This document shows positions 7,676 through 18,377 of a stretch of 39,460 nt of DNA, piece by piece. The notes under the pieces are model-generated. The model saw nothing but the letters and a program-made list of their open reading frames with translations. It was not told the origin of the DNA and did no database searches. Made by a program: the position numbers and the translations under genes. Numbering within the stretch: the first letter of the stretch is position 1; the number at the start of each line of letters is the position of its first letter. Origin of the DNA: a virus; the UHGV virus genome UHGV-0212541; one strand, given 5' to 3'.

Positions 7676-7702
7676 TTTACTCTTCCTCCAATTAGTAATC
7701 TG

Positions 7703-8227
7703 TTAAGCCGGCCAAGGATCTTGAGTGATCCACATGCCTGAAATATATGAACTACCTGAACCTGATTTGGCTTGTATGATGCTACTTTGATCAATGAATG
7801 CACGTGCATCCGCTGGCTGACTTGCATTTCTAACTAGTGAAAGCGCGGTTTGCGCTGGATAGCCTTGATCACGTTTGAAACCGTCCGGGATTTTTAAAAT
7901 CCAACGAGTTTCTGAACCTTCGGGCCATGTGCCACATTTAAAATTAAAAGTAAGAAATACGATGTTTCCGATTCTGATTATTTTTCCATTCACATCAGTT
8001 ACGTTTGTTGTATCACTTCGATCAGCTAGTGTGATAGCTCGCTCGATCATACCTGCCTGCACAGGCAATCCATTAAATTGCAATCCGTCTTTAAAATTTT
8101 TCGTTCCTAAGACCGTTTCATTACCTGTGGCTTTTACTAAAACACCCTCCACACCATCAATTCCTTTGGCATGAGTTTTCAAATATTTAGCAACTCCGTC
8201 TTCTTTTAATTGCACAATATCAGCCAT
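7703..8227 (-). CDS. tail fibre / receptor-binding-like protein, 174 aa
   Basis: position in the distal tail cluster; beta-rich composition. Confidence 0.45.
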   Translation of the reverse strand: MADIVQLKEDGVAKYLKTHAKGIDGVEGVLVKATGNETVLGTKNFKDGLQFNGLPVQAGMIERAITLADRSDTTNVTDVNGKIIRIGNIVFLTFNFKCGTWPEGSETRWILKIPDGFKRDQGYPAQTALSLVRNASQPADARAFIDQSSIIQAKSGSGSSYISGMWITQDPWPA

Positions 8228-8595
8228 TAAACCGTCCCCACTTTCTCAAATGTAATATTGGCCAATCCATCGAGTTTCACTTTATCTTCTTTGGACATCA
8301 AACCATTTGCTGTCGTCGTAGCCACTGCTGTCGTTGTTGCATTGGCTCCAGGATCACCTTTGTCCCCTTTATCACCTTTTGGCAATACAAAATTAAACTT
8401 TGCTGCATTTGCAGTACCAGCATTTGTGACACTAGCTGTTGTACCACTCGTTACTGTTCCTACAGTAATTGTGGCAGCCTGTCCAGGGTCTCCTTTATCT
8501 CCCTTGATAGTTTCGGGTTTACCCTCAACAGCATCCCAATGGGTTTGAGGGTAAACCTGAACATCATTCTGTTTTACTTTTACAATATCTGTCAT
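8227..8595 (-). CDS. collagen-like repeat (GDKGDPG) tail fibre protein
   Basis: KGDKGDPG and GDKGDKGDPG Gly-X-Y repeats. Confidence 0.6.
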   Translation of the reverse strand: MTDIVKVKQNDVQVYPQTHWDAVEGKPETIKGDKGDPGQAATITVGTVTSGTTASVTNAGTANAAKFNFVLPKGDKGDKGDPGANATTTAVATTTANGLMSKEDKVKLDGLANITFEKVGTV

Positions 8596-8599
8596 TTGT

Positions 8600-9388
8600 C
8601 TATACCTCCCCTACTTTTTCAAACGATACATTTGGTATTTTGGAATCTGTATAAGCTTGTGCATTTTGATAAGCTTCACTCATTTTTTGATCAACATATT
8701 CTTGAGTGACGCCGCCACCTTCTCCACCACCTGTTGCAGAGATTACTCCTGTGTTTGAAATACTGATATTAGCTCCGGCAGTATAGTTGAATTGCTTATC
8801 GGCCGATAAAACATCATCAGTCATCGTTAAACCTTCACCGACACGAATACCACCTTTTACAAATTCGGAGGCAGTGGGTAAAACGTAAAAACCAGTCACT
8901 TCTGCATTTATTTTTCCATCTTCATCAATAGTGATGTTTTCTCCTGCAGTATAGTTTTTCAGTGAATCGAGTTTTTCTTTTAACTCCAGCGAAAAATTGA
9001 CATCAGATTGTCTGACTGCAGAGACTTTTCCTGTCTCATCAATCGTCAATAATTCACCAATTTTTATGCCACCCAAACGGTCGATAGTGGCAACTGGCAA
9101 CACGTAGTCACCTTCTCCACTGTTTAAAATTTTTTGATACATTTCTGACGTGATAATGCCGTCATCTTCTTCACTTGCATAGGGTAATTCTGTGAGAACA
9201 TTCTCTAATCCCAAATCTTCTTTAGTAATGACGACGGCTCCAATTTTGCCATTAACAGATAAAACTGTTGCTTCTCCTGCTATTATTTCTTCTAACCCAA
9301 GAACTGCGGAAGCATGTGTGATTGGAAAGAATTGGCGTTGTACACCTGTTTTTTCATCCGTTTCCATCATTCGTTTAGTTTTAGCCAT
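8600..9388 (-). CDS. tail fibre/baseplate structural protein, 262 aa
   Basis: position; Gly-rich C-terminus. Confidence 0.45.
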   Translation of the reverse strand: MAKTKRMMETDEKTGVQRQFFPITHASAVLGLEEIIAGEATVLSVNGKIGAVVITKEDLGLENVLTELPYASEEDDGIITSEMYQKILNSGEGDYVLPVATIDRLGGIKIGELLTIDETGKVSAVRQSDVNFSLELKEKLDSLKNYTAGENITIDEDGKINAEVTGFYVLPTASEFVKGGIRVGEGLTMTDDVLSADKQFNYTAGANISISNTGVISATGGGEGGGVTQEYVDQKMSEAYQNAQAYTDSKIPNVSFEKVGEV

Positions 9389-10296
9389 TAGATCACCCCA
9401 ACTTTCTCAAGAGTGAACACATTTTGCTTTGGATCATCAACGGTTGCGATGATCAAGGCTCCTTCTTCAATCGGGAATTCTACAGTTCCAACTTTTTCAA
9501 CTTCATGATTATCTGAAAAGAGATCATCCTGCAAAATATCAGTCACTTCAATCTCCCCGTATTCAATCGTGAAAAGCGTTGCTCGTAATTTCTGATATAG
9601 ATAATCCATATCTGCCAGCAAGCGCTCTGAAATAGACGCATGACGAACTCCTTGAATATCAACACGTGCATCCATTAATTCGGCTAACATTACTCCACCT
9701 GGATCGATAGACTTCAAAATATCTTTGATTGATTCAAACCATTTTAAATAATCGGTTTCTTGTCCTTCTCTCCATGCCTCAAATGTATTTTGTTGGTCTT
9801 GTCGCCATTGTTCAAATTCCTTTTTACGTGCATTCATCCAATCTGTGAAGTCACCTTTGTTTTCATTGATAAAAGCTGACATATCCGCAATTAAATCTTC
9901 GACTGTCTGCCAATACGATCCCATTTCACCCTCTGTTTTTGAGACAGCTTTAATCACAAAATAAGAGAAATCTTGCGTCGTAGCAATTAACTCATCATCT
10001 TTATAAATGATAAAATCTGCTGTTTGGCGATGTAGGCATTGCATCGAATATTGATCAAATGTGTACTGAATTTTTCCTTTTTTTGCATCAATGACTTTAG
10101 TACCTAATTGAACTGGGTATTTGTCTCCGACAACTGATTCAAAATAGACTTTACAACCAGTTAGATCATAGGGCATTCCATTTTCAGTGATGGTTGCTTC
10201 CATAACTTCTGAATTCTTATTACCTTGCCGTACCTGAATCATACCGACATAGTTATAAGGTTCAGTTGTGCTGAGTACTACGTTCCACTTTGCCAT
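9388..10296 (-). CDS. baseplate/tail structural protein, 302 aa
   Basis: position between the CHAP protein and the fibres. Confidence 0.45.
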   Translation of the reverse strand: MAKWNVVLSTTEPYNYVGMIQVRQGNKNSEVMEATITENGMPYDLTGCKVYFESVVGDKYPVQLGTKVIDAKKGKIQYTFDQYSMQCLHRQTADFIIYKDDELIATTQDFSYFVIKAVSKTEGEMGSYWQTVEDLIADMSAFINENKGDFTDWMNARKKEFEQWRQDQQNTFEAWREGQETDYLKWFESIKDILKSIDPGGVMLAELMDARVDIQGVRHASISERLLADMDYLYQKLRATLFTIEYGEIEVTDILQDDLFSDNHEVEKVGTVEFPIEEGALIIATVDDPKQNVFTLEKVGVI

Positions 10297-10825
10297 TAAT
10301 TACCACTCCTTTCTCAAAATCAGGTGGGATACAAATAGAGGCTATCTGACCAGATCCGAAGAATTCACGATCATATTCCGCCACAATTCCACCTGATTCT
10401 GCATTTTGTTCGTAGGTTTGAATACGCCCATTTTCCAGGCCTTTGATTACACCTGTGTGGCCGTAATATTCATGGCTTTCAAATGTATCACTGATTTTTG
10501 CGTTTCTTTCCCAATTGATAATTGAGCCAACAACTAGCTGGTCATACTCAGGATGAGCGATGACCGTCCATAAATACAATGACCATGGATAGGCTCGTCC
10601 AATTTCAGCAGCGGAAAATACATTGCCATGACGTACTTTGATCTCATATTTAGTCCCCGCCCCCATGTCAGGTCCAATCATCACACCGGCATATTCCGCA
10701 GATAATGCATAACATTGATGATTTCCGATAGGTTGATTCAATAAACTTTTCAAATGATTTAATCCTTTTTCTTCGATCACAAAATCACCTCTATTTCTTC
10801 GCTCTGGCGAGACAAACATCGCCAC
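10262..10825 (-). CDS. CHAP-domain peptidoglycan hydrolase (virion-associated)
   Basis: Cys motif NHQCYALSAEYAG and His motif YYGHTGVI. Confidence 0.55.
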   Translation of the reverse strand: MAMFVSPERRNRGDFVIEEKGLNHLKSLLNQPIGNHQCYALSAEYAGVMIGPDMGAGTKYEIKVRHGNVFSAAEIGRAYPWSLYLWTVIAHPEYDQLVVGSIINWERNAKISDTFESHEYYGHTGVIKGLENGRIQTYEQNAESGGIVAEYDREFFGSGQIASICIPPDFEKGVVINGKVERSTQHN

Positions 10826-13688
10826 CGTTTAATAAATATCCGAAGGACCAATCGACGCGACCGATACCTACACCATTGGAATTCATGCCGCCCATTTCAA
10901 CGATAGACGTGCTATATCCCTTCCAATCCTCTGCTAAAATAGCAGTGTGTCCATCATTACCAGCACCGGCTCCTTGGTTGACAATAATGATATCCCCGGC
11001 TTTCGCTTCATTTGGTGATATTTCAGTAAGATACTGACGTGGCCCTCTTGCATCTGCAGCCATTGAACCTGTGTACCACAGAGTCCCACGTGTTGCGGTT
11101 TTATATCCCGCTTTTGTCAAAGCTAACCAAACAAAAGAAGAACAGTCAGCATACCCATTACGATCAGGATTCTCGACGCTACCAAAATTCCAACGTAACG
11201 GTTGCGAGTAATGGAAATAACCCATCAAGCTTTTGGCTGTACTGAGAATACTGCCGGCAGATGGGATTTGAAGATCTTTGAATTTGTTATACCAATTAAC
11301 TGCCCATCCTTGTCTTTCTGGATGAGTTGTGGCTGGTCTTTCATAGTTTCGTTCAAATGTATAAGCAGCTGCTGCTGGATCAGTCATTGCTTTAAATCCA
11401 GAAACACTTGCCGGTTGAACAATTCCTAACCATTGACCGTTATACATTGTCCAATCTAATAACTTTCCTTGAGCTGACATTGTTCGATAATCTTCTGTAA
11501 TTCCTGCAGCTCTCATCAGGTTTTGAACATAAGTCCTGCCATCCCATGTTGCTGGAGGAACCAAAGGATATGCCGAACCATCCCATTGAACGATTCCATA
11601 AGCTGGTCCGCCGACTTGTGCAATATCTGGATTCATTGCAGCGCCGGCTTCTCCTTGAACATTTCCAAGGATCCCAGCAATGGATGCTTTGGAATACCCT
11701 CTAGAAAGAAGCATGACCCATAATTCCCAAGCAAATTTGTCTGCTTGACTGGTAACCTCTGGTGGGTACATGCCATTCCAACTACCGCCATCATTATTTC
11801 CACTTCCACCTTGTCCAGGGAATACTTCTTGTCCGTTAATTGTGAGTTTTCCGCGAATATTGACATTTTTCATAAATTCCGCATCACCAAAGGCATTTAG
11901 CTTTTCCTGTAGGTTTAAACTTCCAAATAATATAGAAGTTCCATTCCCAAGTATTACCCAACCTTTTCCTTCTTTTGGTGAAATGAGAATATATTTTCCA
12001 TCGCCGTTTGTTCGTATGACTAACGAATTATCTTCTAACGGTGTAGGAGTGGATGCGCCAGGAAAAGGATTGCCTGCAGAATCAGTAGTACCGATTGTGC
12101 CGATGGATTCTTTGGTGTTCCAAAACTCCATCCCTTTTTTGGTTAATTCCATGATTTTTTTGTTGCTGTTCACAATTTGTAAAGCTCCTTTTACTAACTT
12201 GAGCTGATCACCAACAGCGTTAAATGAAGTTTCAAAAATATCTGCTCTAATACGTCCAGACTGGATATAATTTGCATTAAAGTTTCCATCAATCGTCCAT
12301 GCTGTTTTAAAATTTGCCTCATTGAATTTTCCATCAATAAATCCGATTCCTTCCGAATTGGCTACAAGAAAATGATTAGAAGTTTCAATGCTATCCCCAT
12401 TCATCCAAACCATCTGATATGGTTGACGACTTTCTCCTTTACCAGTATCCCAAGGGTTCATCATAATAATTGATCCACCCTTTGCCCCACGGATGATATC
12501 CGATTGCCATTTAGAAACTTCGGTAGACTCATAAAAGGTCATCTTCTTCTCGTCAAGGGTCTGTATGGCAGTTTGAGTATTTGAAGCTTGACGTGTTGAT
12601 GAAGTATTTAAATTATCACCTAAACCAGTTTCGACTTTCCCTGTTAATCGATCAATCTTCACACTGAAAATTCTAGTCTCGTAATGATAGCCGCGGTCAT
12701 CACGATGAATACGTATAATATTACCTAAACTATCTGCTCCGAAAATAGTTGCTTTAAATTGAACTAGCGGACGTGAACAGTTAACCAATTCTTGATAGGT
12801 AAGCTGAATTAGCTCAACAGGATCTTCGCAGTCTTCGAATATAATTACCTTCTCACGCTTACGACGTTTTCCGTTTTTAGTAGGTATACCATATTTTTCA
12901 GTCATCTCAGGGATTTCCAAATATATCTGGCCAGTAGGCTTGTTTAACGGATCCCCTTTTGATTTGGACCAGTATACTTGATCAAACTCAATACGACGAC
13001 CATAACCATCTCCAACCTCTTCACCACGGCCGCGGCCGATTAGAGAAGTATAGATGTTACTTCGATCTACTTCTTTTTCAATTGTCAAGGCTTTATCACC
13101 GTACTCATATCGCTCATTACTGTATTCGCCAATCTGCTTGTAAACTTCTATCCATTTATCTGTGATTCCTTCTCCACTTAGATTGCACCTAAAAACAATC
13201 TCGCATCCTAACGTTTGTAGATTTTTTAAGGCTTCACGGATACTACAGTAGTAAAAAGTCATAGAAACCGCTGGCAGAGTTGAATCTAAATGACCAACTC
13301 GCCACTCACCTAATGTAAAATCTATGACTCTCTGGATGGTTTTCTGAAAAAACTCGTTAGCCGGACGAATATCATTAATGATATAAGCATCCAATTCATC
13401 AGGCCCAAAATTAATCCCAGTGAATATCAACAATGAACCCGGATCAGCAATTCCGATAATTTTATACATAGAAAAAGACGACTCGCTTTCACGAACCGCC
13501 ATATAAGCTGACTCTTTAATTTCGTTATCAAACTCCATGCTAACTGCTAACTTATCATTAATTAACTCATCTTTACTTGGTGTAATTTCCTTTTCTTGAA
13601 CTACCGAAAAAAGTCTGTCTTCCCCTACTATTTTTATAAGCTTTTGGCTATCGTCGAAAAAATAAACATCTTTGTCCATTACAGCCAC
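10791..13688 (-). CDS. tail-associated lysin / tail tip protein (Tal) with lysozyme-like and C-terminal NlpC/P60 domains
   Basis: 965 aa after Dit; ILGNVQGEAGAAMNP...GIVQW lysozyme-like segment; C-terminal DCSSFVW ... DGHTAI NlpC/P60-type Cys/His. Confidence 0.75.
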   Translation of the reverse strand: MAVMDKDVYFFDDSQKLIKIVGEDRLFSVVQEKEITPSKDELINDKLAVSMEFDNEIKESAYMAVRESESSFSMYKIIGIADPGSLLIFTGINFGPDELDAYIINDIRPANEFFQKTIQRVIDFTLGEWRVGHLDSTLPAVSMTFYYCSIREALKNLQTLGCEIVFRCNLSGEGITDKWIEVYKQIGEYSNERYEYGDKALTIEKEVDRSNIYTSLIGRGRGEEVGDGYGRRIEFDQVYWSKSKGDPLNKPTGQIYLEIPEMTEKYGIPTKNGKRRKREKVIIFEDCEDPVELIQLTYQELVNCSRPLVQFKATIFGADSLGNIIRIHRDDRGYHYETRIFSVKIDRLTGKVETGLGDNLNTSSTRQASNTQTAIQTLDEKKMTFYESTEVSKWQSDIIRGAKGGSIIMMNPWDTGKGESRQPYQMVWMNGDSIETSNHFLVANSEGIGFIDGKFNEANFKTAWTIDGNFNANYIQSGRIRADIFETSFNAVGDQLKLVKGALQIVNSNKKIMELTKKGMEFWNTKESIGTIGTTDSAGNPFPGASTPTPLEDNSLVIRTNGDGKYILISPKEGKGWVILGNGTSILFGSLNLQEKLNAFGDAEFMKNVNIRGKLTINGQEVFPGQGGSGNNDGGSWNGMYPPEVTSQADKFAWELWVMLLSRGYSKASIAGILGNVQGEAGAAMNPDIAQVGGPAYGIVQWDGSAYPLVPPATWDGRTYVQNLMRAAGITEDYRTMSAQGKLLDWTMYNGQWLGIVQPASVSGFKAMTDPAAAAYTFERNYERPATTHPERQGWAVNWYNKFKDLQIPSAGSILSTAKSLMGYFHYSQPLRWNFGSVENPDRNGYADCSSFVWLALTKAGYKTATRGTLWYTGSMAADARGPRQYLTEISPNEAKAGDIIIVNQGAGAGNDGHTAILAEDWKGYSTSIVEMGGMNSNGVGIGRVDWSFGYLLNGGDVCLARAKK

Positions 13689-14464
13689 ACCCCTCTATAT
13701 CGTATTAAGGGAGTGCCATTATCACACTTAACTAGATCACCGGTTCTAACCATAAAGTTTTTAAATGAGCTGGTAAGATCAAGAATTCTCGTTTTATTCA
13801 CTCCATTTACAAAAACTTTTCCCTCAGCTATGTCCATCTCGATAAAGTCACCTTTTTTTATCATTGAGTTAGTCACACTAATATTTTGACGGCCATTTGT
13901 AATTCTTAAGCTCCCATCATTATTAGCCTTTAAACTAATTGAAATCGGAGCTACTTCATACGGAAGATATTCTGAGACTATGCCGTTTGTTTCAAATATA
14001 CGTGTATATTTTCTGGGATCAGAACAGATTATAGAGAAACTAGATATTACACTATGAACGTTTCCTGGAATATTATCACAGGTCTGATACCTTCCGTAAT
14101 AATACATATCCAACTCATCGTTAAAGTGAATTTCTACATCTTTATCCCTGTAAAGCAGCCTCATCAATTTATTAAAGCTTCGTTGAAATTCAATAGGATT
14201 CTTTTCTTCTAATTTAAAATGTATAGTTAAAATCCTCTCTGGAAGTCTTTGAGAACTAATACTAACACCTATGCTCACCGTTTCACTCTCAATCTCTAAA
14301 GAAACCATTTCTCTACCTTCCACATACAAGGTCTGGTACCCTTCTATATAATTCTCGATAAACTTACCATCATAATTCAATGCAGATGTCGGTATCCATG
14401 TTTTCTGACTGTCGTTTTTAACCGTGTCTCTGAATTCATACATTGGATTATGCCACTCCATCAT
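13679..14464 (-). CDS. distal tail protein (Dit)
   Basis: 261 aa immediately after the tape measure protein. Confidence 0.65.
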   Translation of the reverse strand: MMEWHNPMYEFRDTVKNDSQKTWIPTSALNYDGKFIENYIEGYQTLYVEGREMVSLEIESETVSIGVSISSQRLPERILTIHFKLEEKNPIEFQRSFNKLMRLLYRDKDVEIHFNDELDMYYYGRYQTCDNIPGNVHSVISSFSIICSDPRKYTRIFETNGIVSEYLPYEVAPISISLKANNDGSLRITNGRQNISVTNSMIKKGDFIEMDIAEGKVFVNGVNKTRILDLTSSFKNFMVRTGDLVKCDNGTPLIRYRGVWL

Positions 14465-14478
14465 ATTTCCCTCACTTT

Positions 14479-17400
14479 CTAGAACAATAAATTAATATCC
14501 GCCTCTTTACCTTGAATGTTTGAAATATCCTCAACAAACGCTTCAAACACTTGATTTCCTAAGCGAATATTGAAAACTGCAGGACGTTTATTTTTGCCGT
14601 AGTTAACACTATGCTCTATTTGTGTTGTGAAATTTCTATTTGCATTTTTTAAATTCGCTGAAAGATCAATATCAGGTGTACGAGTAAAACTATCTGCAAT
14701 CATATTAGCCATGTTTCCTACATTGCTTTGGACACTGGCAAAGCCATTAGTTAAACCTGCGTTTAGTCCATTCATGATTGCTTGCCCAGCCGGGATTAAC
14801 AATTTTCTATCGTATCGAATAGGTCCTTTGTGTTCCCTAATCCAGTCACCAATACCTCCAACAAAATCTTGGACTCTTTTCCATTTTTCTTTCAGTCCAT
14901 CAAATAAGCTGTCCATGATTGCTTTACCAGCTTCCCAAAGGTTAATATCTTTAATTTTATTAAACCAACGCTTCACCTTATCAACCGTGTCACTAACAGC
15001 ATTTACTAAATTATCCCATGCCTCTTGAGCACCACTCACTAAATTGTTGAAAGTATCTATAGTGCCTTGTTTTAGGTTTTTCCAACCTTGAATAACGTTA
15101 TCTTTGGTTCCAGTAATTAAATCACCAATCCAAGATTTGAATGAAGTCCAAATATCTTTAGCACCTTGAACCGTATTGTTAAATAAATCTATCGTTCCTT
15201 GCTTTAAGCTGTTCCAATTTTTTATAAGAGTTTGCACGATATTATTAACCGTTTGGAAAAACCATTGTTTTAGATTATTCCAAAGTTCAATTGCACCATA
15301 TTTTGTATCAATCCAAGTTTGAATTATGGAGAATTTTAGATTTATCCACATTTGAATTGCACTGTATTTAATATCAATCCATAAATTAGTAAAAAATAGT
15401 TTCAAATCAATCCAAATCATAGTCGCTTGGTAAACTACTTCATTCCAAATATTAGAAATACTTTGTATGAATCCAGTCCATAAACTAACGGCACTGTTTA
15501 CTATTGCACCGATATATTCCGTAAATATATTTTTTACAGATGTCCAAATATTTACCACTGATTGGATAAGCGTGTTCCAGATTAGATCTAAATCCTCTTT
15601 CATTTGTTCGAAGTCACCAGTAATTAAATCTATAATAAACAGTAGCGGCGCAGCTATTAAAGACTTAATGATTTCCCAAGTATTTACTATTATGTTTTTA
15701 ACCTCAGCAAATATACTCGTTATTGCTTTCACTATATTAGAGAACACGTCTGAAAAGCTACTTACAAATGGACCAATATATTTTAGTATAAAATCAAAAC
15801 CAGATTTGATTTTACTTGTAATTGTTTTCCATGCAGTAGATATAGTATTTTTAAACCCTTCCCATTTTTCACCAGCACTTGAAACTAAATCATCAATAAC
15901 TGATATGACACCTTCTTTTAAACTATTCCACATCTCTGAAGCAGAGTTTGCAATACTGGACCATAAATTTGAAAAGAACTCTTTTGTTCCAGTCCATTTA
16001 TTTTTGATCCAATCTGCCGCTTTCCCAGGCGCTTCTTGAATTGTAGTCCAAACATTGTCTGCGCCTTCTTTAATGGACTTCCATAAATTGTTAAACCATT
16101 CTCCTGTAGATTTCCATGCGTTCTGAATCCATTCTACTGCCGAGCTTACAGCAGACTTGATTCCCTCCCATAAGCCAATCCAAAAGTTTCTAAAATCTTC
16201 ACTCGTATTCCAAAGATAGATGAAACCTACAACAAGTAGTGCTACCGCAGCTATAACCAATCCGACTGGACTGGTAAGAAAACCTATGGCGGAACCTAAT
16301 TTCTTGAACAAAGAGATTCCGTTACCTAATACACCTAACCCCACTTTCATGGTTTGAAACGCTTTAACCAGCATTCCTAATGCATACAATACTGGCCCAA
16401 TTGCAATGACGATTGCTCCTATGGCCACTACTAATTTTTGAGTTGATTCTGGAGCACTTACAAATTTTTCTACTAAGCCGGATATGGCATCTGCTACTTT
16501 TTTGATGGATGGTGCTAGAATCTTTTGAATTACAATAGCTGCTGACTCAAAAGCTCCAAACATTTGCTCGATGGAAGAATTCATATTATCTTGCATGGTC
16601 CGAGCCATATCGTCAGCTGCACCATCAGAATCTTTCAGAGATTTTGTTAATTTGCCCAATGAATCAGGTCCTTTATCAATCAAAGCCATCATCCCTGATA
16701 ATGATTCTTGCCCATATAGTGTTACTAAAGCATTTTGTTGTTGTTCAGGCGTCAGGCCTTCAAAAGCTTTTTTAAGTAATTCTACTTGAGTTTTTAAAGG
16801 TTTCATTTTACCGTCAGCATCATAAAACGAAACACCTAAATTATCCATTGTATCTTGCATAGCCTTTGTTGGCCTTGCTAACCTAGACAATGCTCCTCGC
16901 AACGTTGTACCTGCTTGAGAACCCTTAATACCTGCGTCACTCATAATACCAATAGCTGCTGCAGTTTCTTCCAAAGAAATACCCATTGAATTGGCTACAG
17001 GAGCAACATACTTCAATGCCTCTCCCATGTCTCCAACTTCAGCATTGGTATCCGCAGCAGCACGAGCAAATACATCAGCGACATGTCCTGCTTCACTTGC
17101 TTCTAAACCAAATCCTCTCAAAGCAGTAGCAGTATTTTCAGAAGCTAGAGCCACATCCCCTCCAGATACAGCTGCTAAGTCTAAAAGACCCGGCATTGCT
17201 TTCATGATTTCTTGTGCGCTAAATCCAGCAGAAGCTAAGTTTTCCATTCCAGCAGCTGATTCTTTTGCGCTAAAAGCAGTTTTTGCTCCTAGATCAATCG
17301 CTTGCTGTTTCATCTGTTCGAATGTGTCGCCAGTTGCTCCCGATATAGCTTTTACACGACTCATTTGTGCTTCAAAGTCACCACCAACTTTAGCAGCTGC

Positions 17401-17598
17401 TACGCCTACTCCTATAAGAGGTGTGGTAATATACTTTGTCATTGCGGCACCAGTACTTTGCATCACTTTACCAACAGCGGTTGTCATACTATTTGAATTC
17501 TTTTCAAAAGTTTTAACAGCATCTTGTGCATCTTTAAAAGTCTTCACAAATCCACTATCTGTAGCTTTTAATAAAGCTTCAACAGAAAATTGTTCCAT
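14479..17598 (-). CDS. tail tape measure protein
   Basis: 1039 aa; Ala/Gly-rich N-terminus, TM segments, tandem W/N-rich internal repeats (NLKQGTID...). Confidence 0.9.
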   Translation of the reverse strand: MEQFSVEALLKATDSGFVKTFKDAQDAVKTFEKNSNSMTTAVGKVMQSTGAAMTKYITTPLIGVGVAAAKVGGDFEAQMSRVKAISGATGDTFEQMKQQAIDLGAKTAFSAKESAAGMENLASAGFSAQEIMKAMPGLLDLAAVSGGDVALASENTATALRGFGLEASEAGHVADVFARAAADTNAEVGDMGEALKYVAPVANSMGISLEETAAAIGIMSDAGIKGSQAGTTLRGALSRLARPTKAMQDTMDNLGVSFYDADGKMKPLKTQVELLKKAFEGLTPEQQQNALVTLYGQESLSGMMALIDKGPDSLGKLTKSLKDSDGAADDMARTMQDNMNSSIEQMFGAFESAAIVIQKILAPSIKKVADAISGLVEKFVSAPESTQKLVVAIGAIVIAIGPVLYALGMLVKAFQTMKVGLGVLGNGISLFKKLGSAIGFLTSPVGLVIAAVALLVVGFIYLWNTSEDFRNFWIGLWEGIKSAVSSAVEWIQNAWKSTGEWFNNLWKSIKEGADNVWTTIQEAPGKAADWIKNKWTGTKEFFSNLWSSIANSASEMWNSLKEGVISVIDDLVSSAGEKWEGFKNTISTAWKTITSKIKSGFDFILKYIGPFVSSFSDVFSNIVKAITSIFAEVKNIIVNTWEIIKSLIAAPLLFIIDLITGDFEQMKEDLDLIWNTLIQSVVNIWTSVKNIFTEYIGAIVNSAVSLWTGFIQSISNIWNEVVYQATMIWIDLKLFFTNLWIDIKYSAIQMWINLKFSIIQTWIDTKYGAIELWNNLKQWFFQTVNNIVQTLIKNWNSLKQGTIDLFNNTVQGAKDIWTSFKSWIGDLITGTKDNVIQGWKNLKQGTIDTFNNLVSGAQEAWDNLVNAVSDTVDKVKRWFNKIKDINLWEAGKAIMDSLFDGLKEKWKRVQDFVGGIGDWIREHKGPIRYDRKLLIPAGQAIMNGLNAGLTNGFASVQSNVGNMANMIADSFTRTPDIDLSANLKNANRNFTTQIEHSVNYGKNKRPAVFNIRLGNQVFEAFVEDISNIQGKEADINLLF

Positions 17599-17614
17599 GA
17601 TTTTCCTCCTTTCC

Positions 17615-17908
17615 TCAAGAGTTAGCTTTAGTTAGTAAGCTTTGGAATTTTTTATCTTGTTTTGAAAGTTCGGAAACTCCCATGATCGAATCTTCGATTT
17701 TTTGATAATTGAAGAATTCTTCAAAGGATCGATATACAGGAACTGTCTTTTTGCCTACTTTTTTCTCCGCTTGAACTTGCTGATTTGCCCACGCTAATTC
17801 GTGAATCAACTTTTCTTTGTCAAGCCAAGATAACTGGGCTGCAGTCATACGAATGTTGTATTCATATAAAGTCATTCTTTCGATATCTGAGATATTGGTC
17901 ATTCCCAA
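17615..17908 (-). CDS. tail assembly chaperone, T-like part (-1 frame relative to the upstream G-like ORF)
   Basis: position between the major tail protein and the tape measure; frame open upstream across the G stop. Confidence 0.55.
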   Translation of the reverse strand: MGMTNISDIERMTLYEYNIRMTAAQLSWLDKEKLIHELAWANQQVQAEKKVGKKTVPVYRSFEEFFNYQKIEDSIMGVSELSKQDKKFQSLLTKANS

Positions 17909-17955
17909 ATATCGAAAAGAATTGATAAGAATTTGTTCGTATGCAAGTGCAGAAT

Positions 17956-18324
17956 CTATTCCGCTTGTTGTTTTTCCGCTTCTTTCAATTTCTGATTCAG
18001 GTTTCGAACTGCTAACTTTCCCGCATTCGACTCAGCCAATTCTTTTAGGACTTCATCAAACAATTTTTCGATGTCTTTAACTTCATCGATGTAATCATCC
18101 ATTTCATCCAACGTAATAGTTTCTTCTTCTGTTCTATTTGCTATTTCTAAGACTCGTGACAACGTGTTGACATTATAAGAACGTAATTCCGGTAAGACTT
18201 TTGCTGAGAGTCCCATTCCGAATTCCATATTTCCATCGATGAAAGGCATCACTTTGTCTAATTCACGTACAAATTTAGTGCCAAATTTAAACGAATATTC
18301 TTTACCTTTAATTTTTAATTTCAA
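17956..18324 (-). CDS. tail assembly chaperone (gpG-like)
   Basis: acidic 122-aa protein between the major tail protein and the tape measure. Confidence 0.6.
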   Translation of the reverse strand: MKLKIKGKEYSFKFGTKFVRELDKVMPFIDGNMEFGMGLSAKVLPELRSYNVNTLSRVLEIANRTEEETITLDEMDDYIDEVKDIEKLFDEVLKELAESNAGKLAVRNLNQKLKEAEKQQAE

Positions 18325-18377
18325 TGTTTTTCATCCTCCTAAAATAAAAAAATAAAAAAGAGAGTATCTAAGCCCTC

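Noticed and set aside
11039-12207. Plus-strand ORFs (68-145 aa) inside the Tal gene
   Set aside because: Antisense to a long, well-supported structural gene. They have low-complexity translations and no RBS.
14627-17635. Plus-strand ORFs (133-214 aa) inside the tape measure gene, and repeat-like DNA there
   Set aside because: Antisense shadows of the tape measure gene. The repetitiveness reflects protein-level tandem repeats in the tape measure protein, not a CRISPR array; there are no regular direct repeats or spacers.
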